Assembly (NCBI GenBank): GCA_963808235.1
Contig: CAWEEQ010000004.1
Span: forward strand, 2,080,001-2,144,000
Direction of reading: 5' to 3'
Source: an uncultured delta proteobacterium
Lineage (GTDB): Bacteria > Desulfobacterota > Binatia > Binatales > Binataceae
Length of the DNA stretch: 64,000 bases
Part shown: one piece after another, positions 10,573 to 20,332 of the stretch
Position numbering within the stretch: the first letter of the stretch is position 1
Layout of the letters: every line of letters begins with the position of its first letter
Made by a program: the position numbers and the translations under genes
Notes under the pieces: generated by a model
What the model saw: only the letters and a program-made list of their open reading frames with translations
Told to the model about the DNA's origin: nothing
Database searches by the model: none

Positions 10573-10638
10573 TCAGATCACGCCGAGCAGCATGAGCACG
10601 ATAACGACCAGAACAATTCCGCCCAGTGATAGATACAT
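10573..10638 (-). CDS. 21-aa single-pass membrane peptide MYLSLGGIVLVVIVLMLLGVI (resembles the DUF3309 C-terminus)
   Basis: Strong RBS GAGGAG 6 nt before ATG; fully hydrophobic; directly upstream of the BON gene; below the ORF-track size cutoff. Confidence 0.6.
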   Translation of the reverse strand: MYLSLGGIVLVVIVLMLLGVI

Positions 10639-11111
10639 ATCAAACTCCTCAGGCCTTGCTCGTATGTCTTATGGATGGTCTAGCTGAACGCGGTCAAAGG
10701 CGAGTGGAAGAACCGCCGTTGGGGCTGGATCACAGCAGGCTCGATACTTATGTCGATCCCGACTCCCTGAACCTTTACATAGCCGGTGCTGCAAAAGCCA
10801 TCGAAAGCTCCTGGTGTTCGTTCTGCGGAGAACTCGCATTCGCTATTCGAGTGGAAACTGTTCTGCTTGGCTGCGACCTTAGTGATCGCCGAACCACAGT
10901 TAGGCTGGATCAAATTGGGACTACGATTCTTATTGTCGACCCAATTCTTCAACACTACACGCTGGGTGATGCGGAAAGCCGTCGCGATACGCTGTGTTCG
11001 GTTATCTGAATGACGAAGACAGACGACTAGAAGAAGTATATTTGCTGACTAGCTGGTATCGTTAGTGATCCGCAACAGCATACTAAGCCGCAGACCAAGG
11101 AGACAATTACT

Positions 11112-11663
11112 ATGAAACTGAAATCAACCGTCACACTTCTCGCACTAATAAGTGCACTTAGTATTCCGCTGGCCGCCTCCGCCGCATCACGGAGCGCGAT
11201 GACCCTGCTGAACGGAGCTAATCAGATGAACAATGAGCAACAGGACGCGGCGGCCATGCTCCGCAGCAAAGCAGGCGACAATCAGGCCATGATCTCGATG
11301 GCAGATACGATGACCGGCGATTCTAAGGCCAACCAGGAAGCAGTGAAGGCCCTCGCGGATTCGCGCAAGATCACGTTGAAGGCGTACAAGAAGGATACCG
11401 CCGCAAACGACGCGATGGCGAAGTTGAACGGGGCCAGATTCAATTCGGCGTTCTTTGCGAAGTCGGTACGTGATCAGAAAGGTGCGATCGAAGCATTCAA
11501 GACCGCCAGACGCAGTTTCAGTAATGATCGCGACATGCAGCTCTACATCGACCAGACATTGCCGATCCTGAAGGCCAATCTTGCAATGACCGAAAACCTC
11601 CAGCACCACTCAGCAATGGGCAGTTCCGAGAATCCGGCGAACAATCGCACCAGCATGAAGTAA
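11112..11663 (+). CDS. Secreted DUF4142-family (ferritin-like) protein
   Basis: Signal peptide, ANQMNNEQ, KLNGARFNSAF...DQKGAI...F...TLPILKANLAM pattern; AGGAG RBS. Confidence 0.75.
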   Translation: MKLKSTVTLLALISALSIPLAASAASRSAMTLLNGANQMNNEQQDAAAMLRSKAGDNQAMISMADTMTGDSKANQEAVKALADSRKITLKAYKKDTAANDAMAKLNGARFNSAFFAKSVRDQKGAIEAFKTARRSFSNDRDMQLYIDQTLPILKANLAMTENLQHHSAMGSSENPANNRTSMK

Positions 11664-12131
11664 ATGACTTCAGAGATCGTACAGCTCGACCGTGAGGATC
11701 CACACAAACTGCGCGTCACGTGCGAGATCATCGACCTGTTGTACTTTTACAAGACTGGAGTGGGCCAGCCGCGGGACATCGTTACGAAGATGCGATTCGT
11801 CCTCGAGGCCTACTGCACGTTAACATATCCTGGTTTCTTCGGTTCGGATGACACCCTATCGAGCATTGTTGAAAAAATCCGTAGTACAGGCAAGTAGCAC
11901 CCTGCTTGCGGGCTACTCGATGAGCTCAACGACATCCACGATTACTCGCGGGATTACTGCGGCGGCGATGATTCTGCCGGCGGCGCAGCGGAGGCGCTCG
12001 ATGCCGGTGAGCTCACCGGCTTTGTTTGGCGCACCTTGAAGATCGTTGATGCGATATCCGACCAGCCGCGAGTCGAGCTGGCGGCAAGGACCAATATTCA
12101 GCACAAGTGCGATGGAGGAAAAGATGAATAA
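11664..12131 (+). pseudogene. Fragment resembling the C-terminus of AAA_13/RloC-like ATPases, with internal TAG at 11895-11897
   Basis: Frame continues past TAG: KIRSTGK*HPACGLLDELNDIHDYSRDY...ELTGFVWRTLKIV; no P-loop present; family assignment from memory. Confidence 0.45.
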
Positions 12132-12414
12132 GAAGATAAGCAATACAGCGGCGTTGATAGGTCTAGCGTTCTTGCTGGGCTCCGCGGCCGTAGGATGCGA
12201 AAAGGAAACTACCACCACGGTTCCCGTCCAGGGCGCCCAGGGCCCGGCAGGTGATGCCGGAGCGCCGGGTGCTACTGGAGCGCAAGGAGCTGCGGCCGCG
12301 CCAGCCGCGCCTCAGACCTCCGAGAAGACTTCGACCATCACTTCCAGTGACAGAGATCGCGGCGGCATTACGAGCAGCTCCGACAAGACCACGACCACGA
12401 AATCCAGCAACTAG
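12124..12414 (+). CDS. Small lipoprotein with short collagen-like G-X-Y repeats
   Basis: GGAGGA RBS, signal peptide ending in lipobox AVG-C, then GAQGPAGDAGAPGATGAQG and a Ser/Thr-rich tail. Confidence 0.7.
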   Translation: MNKKISNTAALIGLAFLLGSAAVGCEKETTTTVPVQGAQGPAGDAGAPGATGAQGAAAAPAAPQTSEKTSTITSSDRDRGGITSSSDKTTTTKSSN

Positions 12415-12434
12415 TCTCGTCGCAAATAAACAGA

Positions 12435-12475
12435 TCGAGGGCGGCCCATAGCGGGCTGCCCTCGAGTCGTTTTCA
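12435..12475 (+). terminator. Putative intrinsic terminator
   Basis: Stem TCGAGGGCGGCCC / GGGCTGCCCTCGA with 5-nt loop, followed by GTCGTTTT. Confidence 0.6.
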
Positions 12476-13157
12476 GCGCACTCTCCGAAAGGAGACTCCG
12501 ATGCTCACGGACTTGCACGAACTCAACGCAGCGAGGTCGCCGCTCCGATGGCGGCCGGGTTCATTTGTCGCAGACGCTCTCTGATTGGCAATTCTGGCAG
12601 TGCGCTGATCGAGCTTTTCAAATTCCCTGATAGCGTTTTCGAATTCCCCGTTCGGTGTCTAAATATCCCTGCTCCGTTGAATAGGAATTTCCGAAAAAGC
12701 TCAGAGGTACCCGAGCCTTCTAGAGATCCGGACCGATCGAGGCTGAAATCGGAAGAAATTCCCTGTATTTTCCCTGATGATCAGGGAATTTGACTCTGAG
12801 AGCAGTTCGCATCAGACTGCGCCATCCGCCAACGAGTCTTTATAGCTAAGCACCGTTCTGGATAAGCGCCAGACGTGCCCCACAACGGGCGCTTCGTCGC
12901 TTCAGGCGGAACCAGAGAAGCGGCGCGATGCCCGATTAAGGTCTCTTGGCGCGAGATTCTCTCTGCCGGCAACCTTTTCGGTTCCTCGGAGCATTGGGCC
13001 ATCGGGGAGCAAATCGTTGGGTTTAACAAGTCCCGCGAGAGCTACCGACTCGTTTTTGTGCGGCATGATTGCGAGCAAACCGCGCGATGGGCCTGGCTAT
13101 TGTATCTCTGACCCGCGTCGCAGACTCAAAGCCAAGTTCGTTCTCATGTCCGGTAAT

Positions 13158-13499
13158 TCATTGGGCGGCATAGCAAACGAACGCATCGGTTTGCTCGACT
13201 GCAGGGTCACGCGCCGGATAGCACGCAAACTTGGCTTCCAGACTCCTGGTTGCAGAGCCCGTCGTTTCCTTGCCGCTGAACATCCCTGTGTAAGGAGGAG
13301 CATTGCGGTCGACACTGATGGGCGCACTGGGTTGGCCTGATTGCCCTGATTGCGCTGAGTTGTGCGAGAGTCCTAGTTGCCCTAGCAACTGCGACAATCC
13401 GTCGATTGATTGTGCCTGTGCCGAACCCGGCAATATCGAACCAAACAGGAATACAAGAGCCGTTGCACTGACAAATACTGCAGATCGAATACTTCTCAT
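13158..13499 (-). CDS. Secreted hypothetical protein
   Basis: Signal peptide (AQA site); C-terminal Cys pair FACYP...FVCY. Confidence 0.6.
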   Translation of the reverse strand: MRSIRSAVFVSATALVFLFGSILPGSAQAQSIDGLSQLLGQLGLSHNSAQSGQSGQPSAPISVDRNAPPYTGMFSGKETTGSATRSLEAKFACYPARDPAVEQTDAFVCYAAQ

Positions 13500-13856
13500 A
13501 TGGCTCGAAACAGCGAACTCGCGTCGCTCAACCAAGAAAGACGAAATGCTTCCGCGCTGGTTACAAAAAGGATAGTGCTGGCTAAGATTTCTTCAACCTA
13601 AGCGAAGAAATCCGCGGAAAGAAAATCGGGCGTGGCGAATTTGCGGCGAATCTAGCCGAACTGGCAAAATCGTGCGCGATGACTCGACCTCCGTCGCGCT
13701 GAACCATTCGATCACTCTAGTCCGGCATCCCAGTTCGTCAAAATTCATGGAACCTTGCAGAAGTGTGTTCGATCTGGTTCGAATTTTTCTGAAACTATAT
13801 AGCCAGGCCATTCGAGAGTATGTTCGGCCCATACAACAGGTGAATGGAGTCAGCCA

Positions 13857-15314
13857 ATGAAGGCTATCGGGCAATCGAAATCGCAGCAGATACGCGCTCG
13901 CTTGAACCATCCGATCATCGATTCCGACGGACATACGTTCGAACTGGCGCCGCTGTTCATGGACTACCTTGGGGCGGTGGCTGGCACGAAGGTGGCTGCG
14001 CGGTTTCAGACCGCGTACTTCGACACTTTCGCCGACCCGCGATGGAGCAGCTTCAGCGTCGAGGAACGGCGCGAGCGGCGCAATCTTCGTCCGACCTGGT
14101 GGGCGATCCCTGCGCGCAACACGACCGATCTCGCGACCGCAATATTTCCGAAGCTGATGTTTGATCGACTGCCAGAAATGGGACTCGACTTCTCCGTGGT
14201 GTATCCCACGATGGGCTTGATCACGATTGAGCTGGCGGACGAAGAATTGCGCCGAGCATCGGCCCGCGCGCTCAATCAAATGAAGGCCGAGACCTTTCGC
14301 GGCCTGGGAGAGCGCCTCACGCCAGCCGCGCTCATCCCGATGCATACGCCGACCGAAGCGATCGCCGAGCTTGAATATGCCGTGCGCGAGCTCGGACTCA
14401 AATCGGTAATGATGGCGAGCTACGTGCGCCGGCCGATTCCATATGCCGCCAAGCGATGGCCCGAAGCAGCGCGCTTCACTTACTGGATGGACACCTTCGG
14501 CCTCGACAGCGAGTACGATTACGACCCGGTGTGGGCGAAGTGTGAGGAACTCGGAATCGCGCCGACGTTCCATTCGGTGGGATATGGATGGGGCAGCCGC
14601 ACGTCGGTCTCCAACTACGTGCACAATCATCTCGGCAATTTCGCCGCGAGCGCCGAGTCGGTGTGCAGGTCGCTCTTCCTGGGCGGCGTCCCAAAGCGGT
14701 TTCCGCGCCTCCGCTTTGCTTTCCTGGAAGGCGGGATGAGCTGGGCGCGATCGCTCTACTCGGACCTGATCGGTCATTGGAAGAAACGCAATGGCGAGGC
14801 GATGCAGCACTACAATCCGGAGAACATCGACCGCACTGCGCTCATTGAGTATGCGCGGCGATACGGTGCTCAGATTCTCGGTGATCGCGTTAACGACTTG
14901 CTCGACACGTTTATGAATCGGATGGGCGCTGGGTACGACCCGAAGCTAATCGATGAATTCGCACCATCAGGGGTGACCTCGCCAGAAGATATCCGGGACG
15001 TTTTTACGACCAGCTTCTACTTTGGATGCGAGGGCGACGATCCGCTGAACGCACTCGCGTGGAAAGCGATGGGCACACCGTTCGATGCGAAACTGAAAGC
15101 GCTCTACGGATCAGACATCGGCCATTGGGACGTTCCCGATATGCGCGAATGTGCCGAGGAGGCGTACGAGCTGGTCGACGACGGATTAATCGACGCCGAC
15201 CAGTTGCGAGAGTTCGTGTTCACCAACGCAGTGGATTTCTGGACCGCCACGAATCCGGATTTCTTCAAAGGCACCGCGGTGGAAGACGCCGCCAGGCAGT
15301 GCATAACGTCGTGA
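13857..15314 (+). CDS. Amidohydrolase_2 family protein
   Basis: IIDSDGH, VVYPT, YDPVWAKC, FH, RFAFLEGG, GSDIGHWD. Confidence 0.88.
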   Translation: MKAIGQSKSQQIRARLNHPIIDSDGHTFELAPLFMDYLGAVAGTKVAARFQTAYFDTFADPRWSSFSVEERRERRNLRPTWWAIPARNTTDLATAIFPKLMFDRLPEMGLDFSVVYPTMGLITIELADEELRRASARALNQMKAETFRGLGERLTPAALIPMHTPTEAIAELEYAVRELGLKSVMMASYVRRPIPYAAKRWPEAARFTYWMDTFGLDSEYDYDPVWAKCEELGIAPTFHSVGYGWGSRTSVSNYVHNHLGNFAASAESVCRSLFLGGVPKRFPRLRFAFLEGGMSWARSLYSDLIGHWKKRNGEAMQHYNPENIDRTALIEYARRYGAQILGDRVNDLLDTFMNRMGAGYDPKLIDEFAPSGVTSPEDIRDVFTTSFYFGCEGDDPLNALAWKAMGTPFDAKLKALYGSDIGHWDVPDMRECAEEAYELVDDGLIDADQLREFVFTNAVDFWTATNPDFFKGTAVEDAARQCITS

Positions 15315-15457
15315 CTGCCGGCCCAATCGGGGAACCGCGTGCGCCCGCGACCCAGGCCCGCAAGCTTGATAAAAAACGGGCCAGCGAGCGCGCCATCGCC
15401 AGCCCGTAGGCTGACCGCCCACAGAGCGGTAGCCAAGGTCTATTTCTTTCTACTGCA

Positions 15458-15796
15458 TCAATGCAGTCCGGAAGGCGTCACTACTGCCGCATCAACATCG
15501 CTTTGTGGAACGGCTTCACCTTTTTTAAGTTTGGCCATCAAGCCATTGATCTGCTTGATTTGGCGGTCCAAATCAGCCTGCGCATGAGGGTCTTGTGAAG
15601 AGTGCTTGCGCATTGTCCGAAAGCGTTTCCTGGCGTCTGCCAGCGTCTTCATCGCCGAGTCCTTGTCTGCCATCTGGGTGCTTGCGGAGCCGCTCGCCGC
15701 TGCCTCTGGAGCGGGTTGCGCAAATGACACTCCGAACTGGATCGGACTGATCGTCCAAGCCATTACTATCAACGCTACAATCGCGGGCTTCCGCAT
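15458..15796 (-). CDS. Secreted helical hypothetical protein (similar to 36008..36313)
   Basis: GAGGAG RBS, signal peptide; C-terminus INGLMAKLKKGEAVPQSDVDAAV. Confidence 0.6.
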   Translation of the reverse strand: MRKPAIVALIVMAWTISPIQFGVSFAQPAPEAAASGSASTQMADKDSAMKTLADARKRFRTMRKHSSQDPHAQADLDRQIKQINGLMAKLKKGEAVPQSDVDAAVVTPSGLH

Positions 15797-16124
15797 GGTC
15801 TCCTCTCTTTGGGGGCAGATTTTGAGTTCGTCTGTTCCTGCCAAACGAACGTTACCAAGGCATTAACACATGATAGAGCGAGCATTAAATGCGCTGCTCA
15901 CGCGAGTCGATTTACGTCGAGTATATGCTTCCGAATCCATGGGGGACGGCGGTGTTCGCGAACCACGCAAGATGCAGCCGGCGATACCTTTCGCGGCGGC
16001 GTCACCATTGCACCGGCCTCGACATGGATGCAGGCTGGACGTGGCTTTGCTGCCAGCGATATGGTGGCCGCCATAATAAAGGCAATTGGCCAATCTAAAG
16101 TGAAATGAGCTAAATTTTCCGCAA

Positions 16125-17993
16125 ATGGTACGCCGACATCCGGGGGTCATACTTCTGAACATCGCAGTGTTGTTCAGCCTGTCCGTAGCGAGGACGGCAC
16201 GTGCTGACAATTCACTTTCGGTCGTGGTGGTCGGTTCAAGTAACCCCGTTGTCGGTGCGACCGTAAACGTCTATGCGGGGGGTCCAGCAGCAGCGACCGC
16301 AATTGGATCTGGCAAAACCGACTCGTCTGGGAGTGCCTCACTCACAGTCGCGAATCCGGGCGGCAACGCTGTGCTTTATGCTGTCGCGACAGGCGGTGAC
16401 GCCGGCCGAGGAAGCAACTCTTCGATTGCACTAATGAGCGTTTTCGGAACCGGGTCCAGTTACACTTCGCCGATCGTCATCGACGAGCTTACGACCATTG
16501 CATCCATATGGTCGATGAGGAATTTCCTTCATCCGGACGGCACCATTTTCGGCGCGTCGCCTGGTTTACAAAACGCCGCTTTGACCGTGAACAATTTGGC
16601 TGATCTTACAAGTGGCATACCTGCGCCTCTGATGTTCCAGAGTTTCAACTCCCCTGCGAAGGTGAATACTCTCGCGAACCTTCTGGCGGCGTGCGTGGGT
16701 TCGAACGGACCATCTTCGCCGACTTGCTCTGCGCTTTTCAGCGGAGCCAAGCTGCCCAATCAAGGCACTCCGGCAAATACCATTACAGCGGCCTTCAACA
16801 TCGCGAACAATCCCACGCTCAACCTGGGTCCTTTATACTCGGTCGCGAGCCAGAGCAGCGCGTACGCTCCCGCTTGGCCGGTACCCATGCTGAACTGGCT
16901 CATTTCCGTCAACCTGGCGGTGACAGATGGTGGAGGTATCCCAGCCATAGATTCATCCGGTGATCTATGGGTCGAGGTTTTCGGCGGGATCGACGGGATT
17001 GAGAAGATAAGCCCAGCAGGGAATGTACTAGCCGGGCCTTTCTCGGGCGGCGGTTTCCAAGGCGGCCCAATGGCGATCGACGCAAATGGAAACATTCGGA
17101 TCGCCAATACCTACCCCAATCCAAGTGTGAGCGAGTTCGACTCTAGCGGGCATCCTCTCTCGCCGGATGTTGGATATGCACTTCCTGGATATTATTTGGG
17201 AGGAATCGCGATCGACCAGACCGGCAATGTGTGGGTAACAAATGACGACACAAACCAGGCGCAAAATTCCGGAGGCTTATTCGAACTAAACTCACAGGGC
17301 ACGCTGCTCTCGGGCAAATCGGGCTTCAGTGGTGGAGGACTGTTTCAACCGGGCGCGGTTGCGATCGGCCCGGCTGGCGACGTTTGGGTCACGAATCAGC
17401 AACCGGGAGGCCCAGGTCCATTGAAGGGAGGCAGTGTGAGCCACTTTGCTTCAACGGGGACATCGCTGTCTCCGAAGAAGGGCTATAAACGCGGGAATAT
17501 TTCGTATCCCAGCGATATCGCTATCGACCATCTCGGAAATGTTTGGGTGGTGAACCGCGCAGATTTGATCGCCGGTAAGCGCGTCGAGAACGTAGCCGAA
17601 CTCAACGCGCACGGTACGCCGATTTCTCCAAAAAGAGGTTATCGTGGCGGAGGGATCAACATTCCAACTAACATTGCGATAGACGGGGCCGGACTGATTT
17701 GGGTACTCGACCAAGGCGATACTCCAGCGCCTTGCGGACAGGAGGCAGGCTACGAGATAACCGTGCTGAATCAGAAGGGAGTTCCGATTTCACCAGGCTT
17801 CGGCTACCTGGTATTTTCTTGTGGATTTTTCGATGACTCGTATGTTGATGGTCTCAGAGGAATCGTAATCGACACTTCCGGGAATGTGTGGTTCAACAAC
17901 GGTGGCTTCCCTGGGATTGGACTCCTGCTCGAACTGGTGGGTGCTGCCACTCCTGTTAAGACCCCGCTCACGGGGGTCCCTCAAAGGCCTTGA
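16125..17993 (+). CDS. Secreted NHL-repeat beta-propeller protein
   Basis: Signal peptide; repeated P..IAID..GNVWV.N units; C-terminal GAATPVKTP. Confidence 0.82.
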   Translation: MVRRHPGVILLNIAVLFSLSVARTARADNSLSVVVVGSSNPVVGATVNVYAGGPAAATAIGSGKTDSSGSASLTVANPGGNAVLYAVATGGDAGRGSNSSIALMSVFGTGSSYTSPIVIDELTTIASIWSMRNFLHPDGTIFGASPGLQNAALTVNNLADLTSGIPAPLMFQSFNSPAKVNTLANLLAACVGSNGPSSPTCSALFSGAKLPNQGTPANTITAAFNIANNPTLNLGPLYSVASQSSAYAPAWPVPMLNWLISVNLAVTDGGGIPAIDSSGDLWVEVFGGIDGIEKISPAGNVLAGPFSGGGFQGGPMAIDANGNIRIANTYPNPSVSEFDSSGHPLSPDVGYALPGYYLGGIAIDQTGNVWVTNDDTNQAQNSGGLFELNSQGTLLSGKSGFSGGGLFQPGAVAIGPAGDVWVTNQQPGGPGPLKGGSVSHFASTGTSLSPKKGYKRGNISYPSDIAIDHLGNVWVVNRADLIAGKRVENVAELNAHGTPISPKRGYRGGGINIPTNIAIDGAGLIWVLDQGDTPAPCGQEAGYEITVLNQKGVPISPGFGYLVFSCGFFDDSYVDGLRGIVIDTSGNVWFNNGGFPGIGLLLELVGAATPVKTPLTGVPQRP

Positions 17994-18057
17994 GCTCAAC
18001 TCATCGTAGGTCGATCAGACTCCCTCTCCGCCAACGAGTCTCAGCTTTGAGAACCAC

Positions 18058-18462
18058 CTACTTGGAGACGAGTTGTGTCCTAAGGACTTCGCTCACTAGA
18101 AACAGATCGGTAAGCAGCGCGCGGAGATGCATTGACGCGTTTAGATTGTCGACCAGTTGCGAGCTGATCGAAGGCTGCGCCATCACCAGGTCGATAGCTG
18201 CCAACGACTTTCGCGCGTCCCGATCGAGCACCGCAATGAACGCTTGATATTTTTCGGCCGGCTCAAGCCGCTGTGCTGCTACGGCCTTTGAGCACGCTTC
18301 GGCCATCCCCGCGATAGCTGTCGCGGCGCGCTCGAGAAATTCGCGAATCTGTGCGCCCGGTTTGCTCCCTTCGTCGCTCGAGCGCCCTTGCGCGGCGTAG
18401 GCCAGCATGAATTCGTAGCACTCTTCGACAGTGTTGCACCGCTCCCAGATTTCCGCCGCCAT
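18058..18462 (-). CDS. Conserved hypothetical protein, last gene of the molybdoenzyme operon
   Basis: Starts 4 nt after the cytochrome b stop; EECYEFMLAYAAQG...ISSQLVDNLNAS.HLRALLTDLF. Confidence 0.7.
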   Translation of the reverse strand: MAAEIWERCNTVEECYEFMLAYAAQGRSSDEGSKPGAQIREFLERAATAIAGMAEACSKAVAAQRLEPAEKYQAFIAVLDRDARKSLAAIDLVMAQPSISSQLVDNLNASMHLRALLTDLFLVSEVLRTQLVSK

Positions 18463-18465
18463 CTC

Positions 18466-19317
18466 TTAGTCCTCAGCCTTCGACCGGCCAAGCCTATGCG
18501 CCGCGTCCGCAGGGCTTACGACCCACCGCTCGTGATCGTGCTCCTCCAGGTAGAACTCACGGCTCATCCAGCCGAAGATCATCGCCTTGGTGATCGGCTG
18601 TTTCTCCGGGCGCAGCCCAAAGTAGATGTGCACCATGATCAATGCGATCAGTCCTACTCCGGCCAGCCCGTGCAGCACATAGATCATGCCCCAGGTCATG
18701 TCGGTGAATAGATACGGGTTGCGGGCAAAGAAGATCGTGCGGACACGAAACATCATGAACACGCCGGTCAGGATTGCGGACAGGCCAGCCACGATGATCG
18801 CGCCATGATAGAGCTTGTTCTCCAGCGGGTACTTGGCGAACTTCCGCGGCAACGGCGCTGGCCGTCCCATGGAGCGCAGAACTCTGTGGTAGGCATCGGT
18901 CATGTCGATCCTGTCGGGCCAGATCGACCAGAAGTCGAGCCAGAACGACGCGTGAAAGATGTGAAAGAGGATCGACACGGTCAGCACGGTGCCTGCGATC
19001 CAATGGTAGGTAACCCAGTCAAACTGAACACCAAGCTTGGGAAGGAAGACGGTAAATAGCAGCGTCAACATCGAAGCCGCCATAATCCAGTGAAACATGC
19101 GCGCCACCTGCGAATGCCTGGGCACGCGGGCTGGTATCTCTGCCAGGAGCGGCGCCGGAGTCGCGAACTGCCTGGGCTTGGCGAAGTAGCGCAGATAGGT
19201 GGCATGAACTATGAAAAATGCCAGCCCCGCAATCACCGCGACCCATATCAGGAACCACGCGATGTGAATGGGAACCTTCAGCCCCCACGGATCGATAGCC
19301 CACTCTAGGAAGCCCAT
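18466..19317 (-). CDS. Cytochrome b subunit (FdnI / Ni-hydrogenase cytochrome b family)
   Basis: RH...RMFHW, YHWIAG, KY..ENKLYH, LHGL...HIYF heme ligands; start MGFLEW after GGAGG. Confidence 0.85.
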   Translation of the reverse strand: MGFLEWAIDPWGLKVPIHIAWFLIWVAVIAGLAFFIVHATYLRYFAKPRQFATPAPLLAEIPARVPRHSQVARMFHWIMAASMLTLLFTVFLPKLGVQFDWVTYHWIAGTVLTVSILFHIFHASFWLDFWSIWPDRIDMTDAYHRVLRSMGRPAPLPRKFAKYPLENKLYHGAIIVAGLSAILTGVFMMFRVRTIFFARNPYLFTDMTWGMIYVLHGLAGVGLIALIMVHIYFGLRPEKQPITKAMIFGWMSREFYLEEHDHERWVVSPADAAHRLGRSKAED

Positions 19318-20321
19318 GTCGCTTCCTCCACGCCGCCGATCGCGCGCTTTACCAGGTTTCTCATCAGCGGAATTTTGTAAGCATTGAACTGCAATGGGAC
19401 CGCGCCTTGCACCGCGAGTTTCCCGGCCATCTCGCCGGTAGCAGCGTTCGGCGACATGCCCCGCACTGCGTTTTCGACGCTCTTCAACCGGATCGGACGA
19501 GCGGCGGCGCCGTTCACCGCGATGCGCATTTGCCGGATCCTGCCGCCGGATATCATCGTGGCCGATGCGACGTTCAATAGCGGAAAGTCCCACACGTTCC
19601 GGTCGCGCACCTTTTCAAAATAAAATTTCGCACCAGCCCACGTGGACGGAATTCGAATAGCTGTCAGCAGGTCCCCGGGCTCCAGGATGTGTAACCGCGT
19701 GATGTCGATGTCAGGACCGATGAAGTAGTCCTCGGCGTCAACGACGCGTTCACCTTTGTAAGTGCCTATGACGAATTTTGCGTCGAGAGCGATCAGAGCC
19801 GGCGCTGTGTCGGAAGGATTCACCGCAACGCATCGATCCGCGTGCAGAATCGCGTGCTCGCGATTTCGACCCTCCGGGGTGTCGGCATAGCAGATGTTTC
19901 CGCCGGCGCGGTAGCAGGGCCATCCCGCGCGGTAGTACCAGCATCGAGCATCTTGCGACACGTTGCCGCCGATCGTGCCCTGATTGCGGATTTGCGGCGA
20001 CGCCACCAGCTCCGCGCTGTCCGCCAGCAGACTGTACTTCTCCCGGATGACGGGATGCTGCACAACTTCCGTCAGGGTAGTCATCGCGCCGATCTCGATC
20101 CCATCGCTGGTCGTGCGGATTCCTCTGAGTTCTTCGACTCCGCTCAGATCGATCACCGTCTTCGGTCTCTTGATGCGGTCCTTCAGCCAATCGAGGCTGT
20201 CGAGACCTCCAGCCAGCACCCAGGCGTCGCTTCCGTTCTGTTCGAGCAGCCTCTGTGCCTCTGCGATGGAGTTTGGCTGAAGCAGATCGAAGGCCGGCAT
20301 GACATCTCGAATTACAGCCAT
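19305..20321 (-). CDS. Xanthine dehydrogenase family FAD-binding subunit (PaoB/YagS-like)
   Basis: AGGLDSL, ASPQIRNQGTIGGN, RCWYYR...CY...C...C 4Fe-4S insert, NPSDTAPAL. Confidence 0.9.
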   Translation of the reverse strand: MAVIRDVMPAFDLLQPNSIAEAQRLLEQNGSDAWVLAGGLDSLDWLKDRIKRPKTVIDLSGVEELRGIRTTSDGIEIGAMTTLTEVVQHPVIREKYSLLADSAELVASPQIRNQGTIGGNVSQDARCWYYRAGWPCYRAGGNICYADTPEGRNREHAILHADRCVAVNPSDTAPALIALDAKFVIGTYKGERVVDAEDYFIGPDIDITRLHILEPGDLLTAIRIPSTWAGAKFYFEKVRDRNVWDFPLLNVASATMISGGRIRQMRIAVNGAAARPIRLKSVENAVRGMSPNAATGEMAGKLAVQGAVPLQFNAYKIPLMRNLVKRAIGGVEEATWAS

Positions 20322-20332
20322 AACTGTTTCCT

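Noticed and set aside
12501-12584. 27-aa sORF after an AGGAGA RBS
   Set aside because: No recognisable features or supporting context
12795-12835. tRNA gene (segment ends in CCGCCA)
   Set aside because: No cloverleaf or intact T-loop could be built
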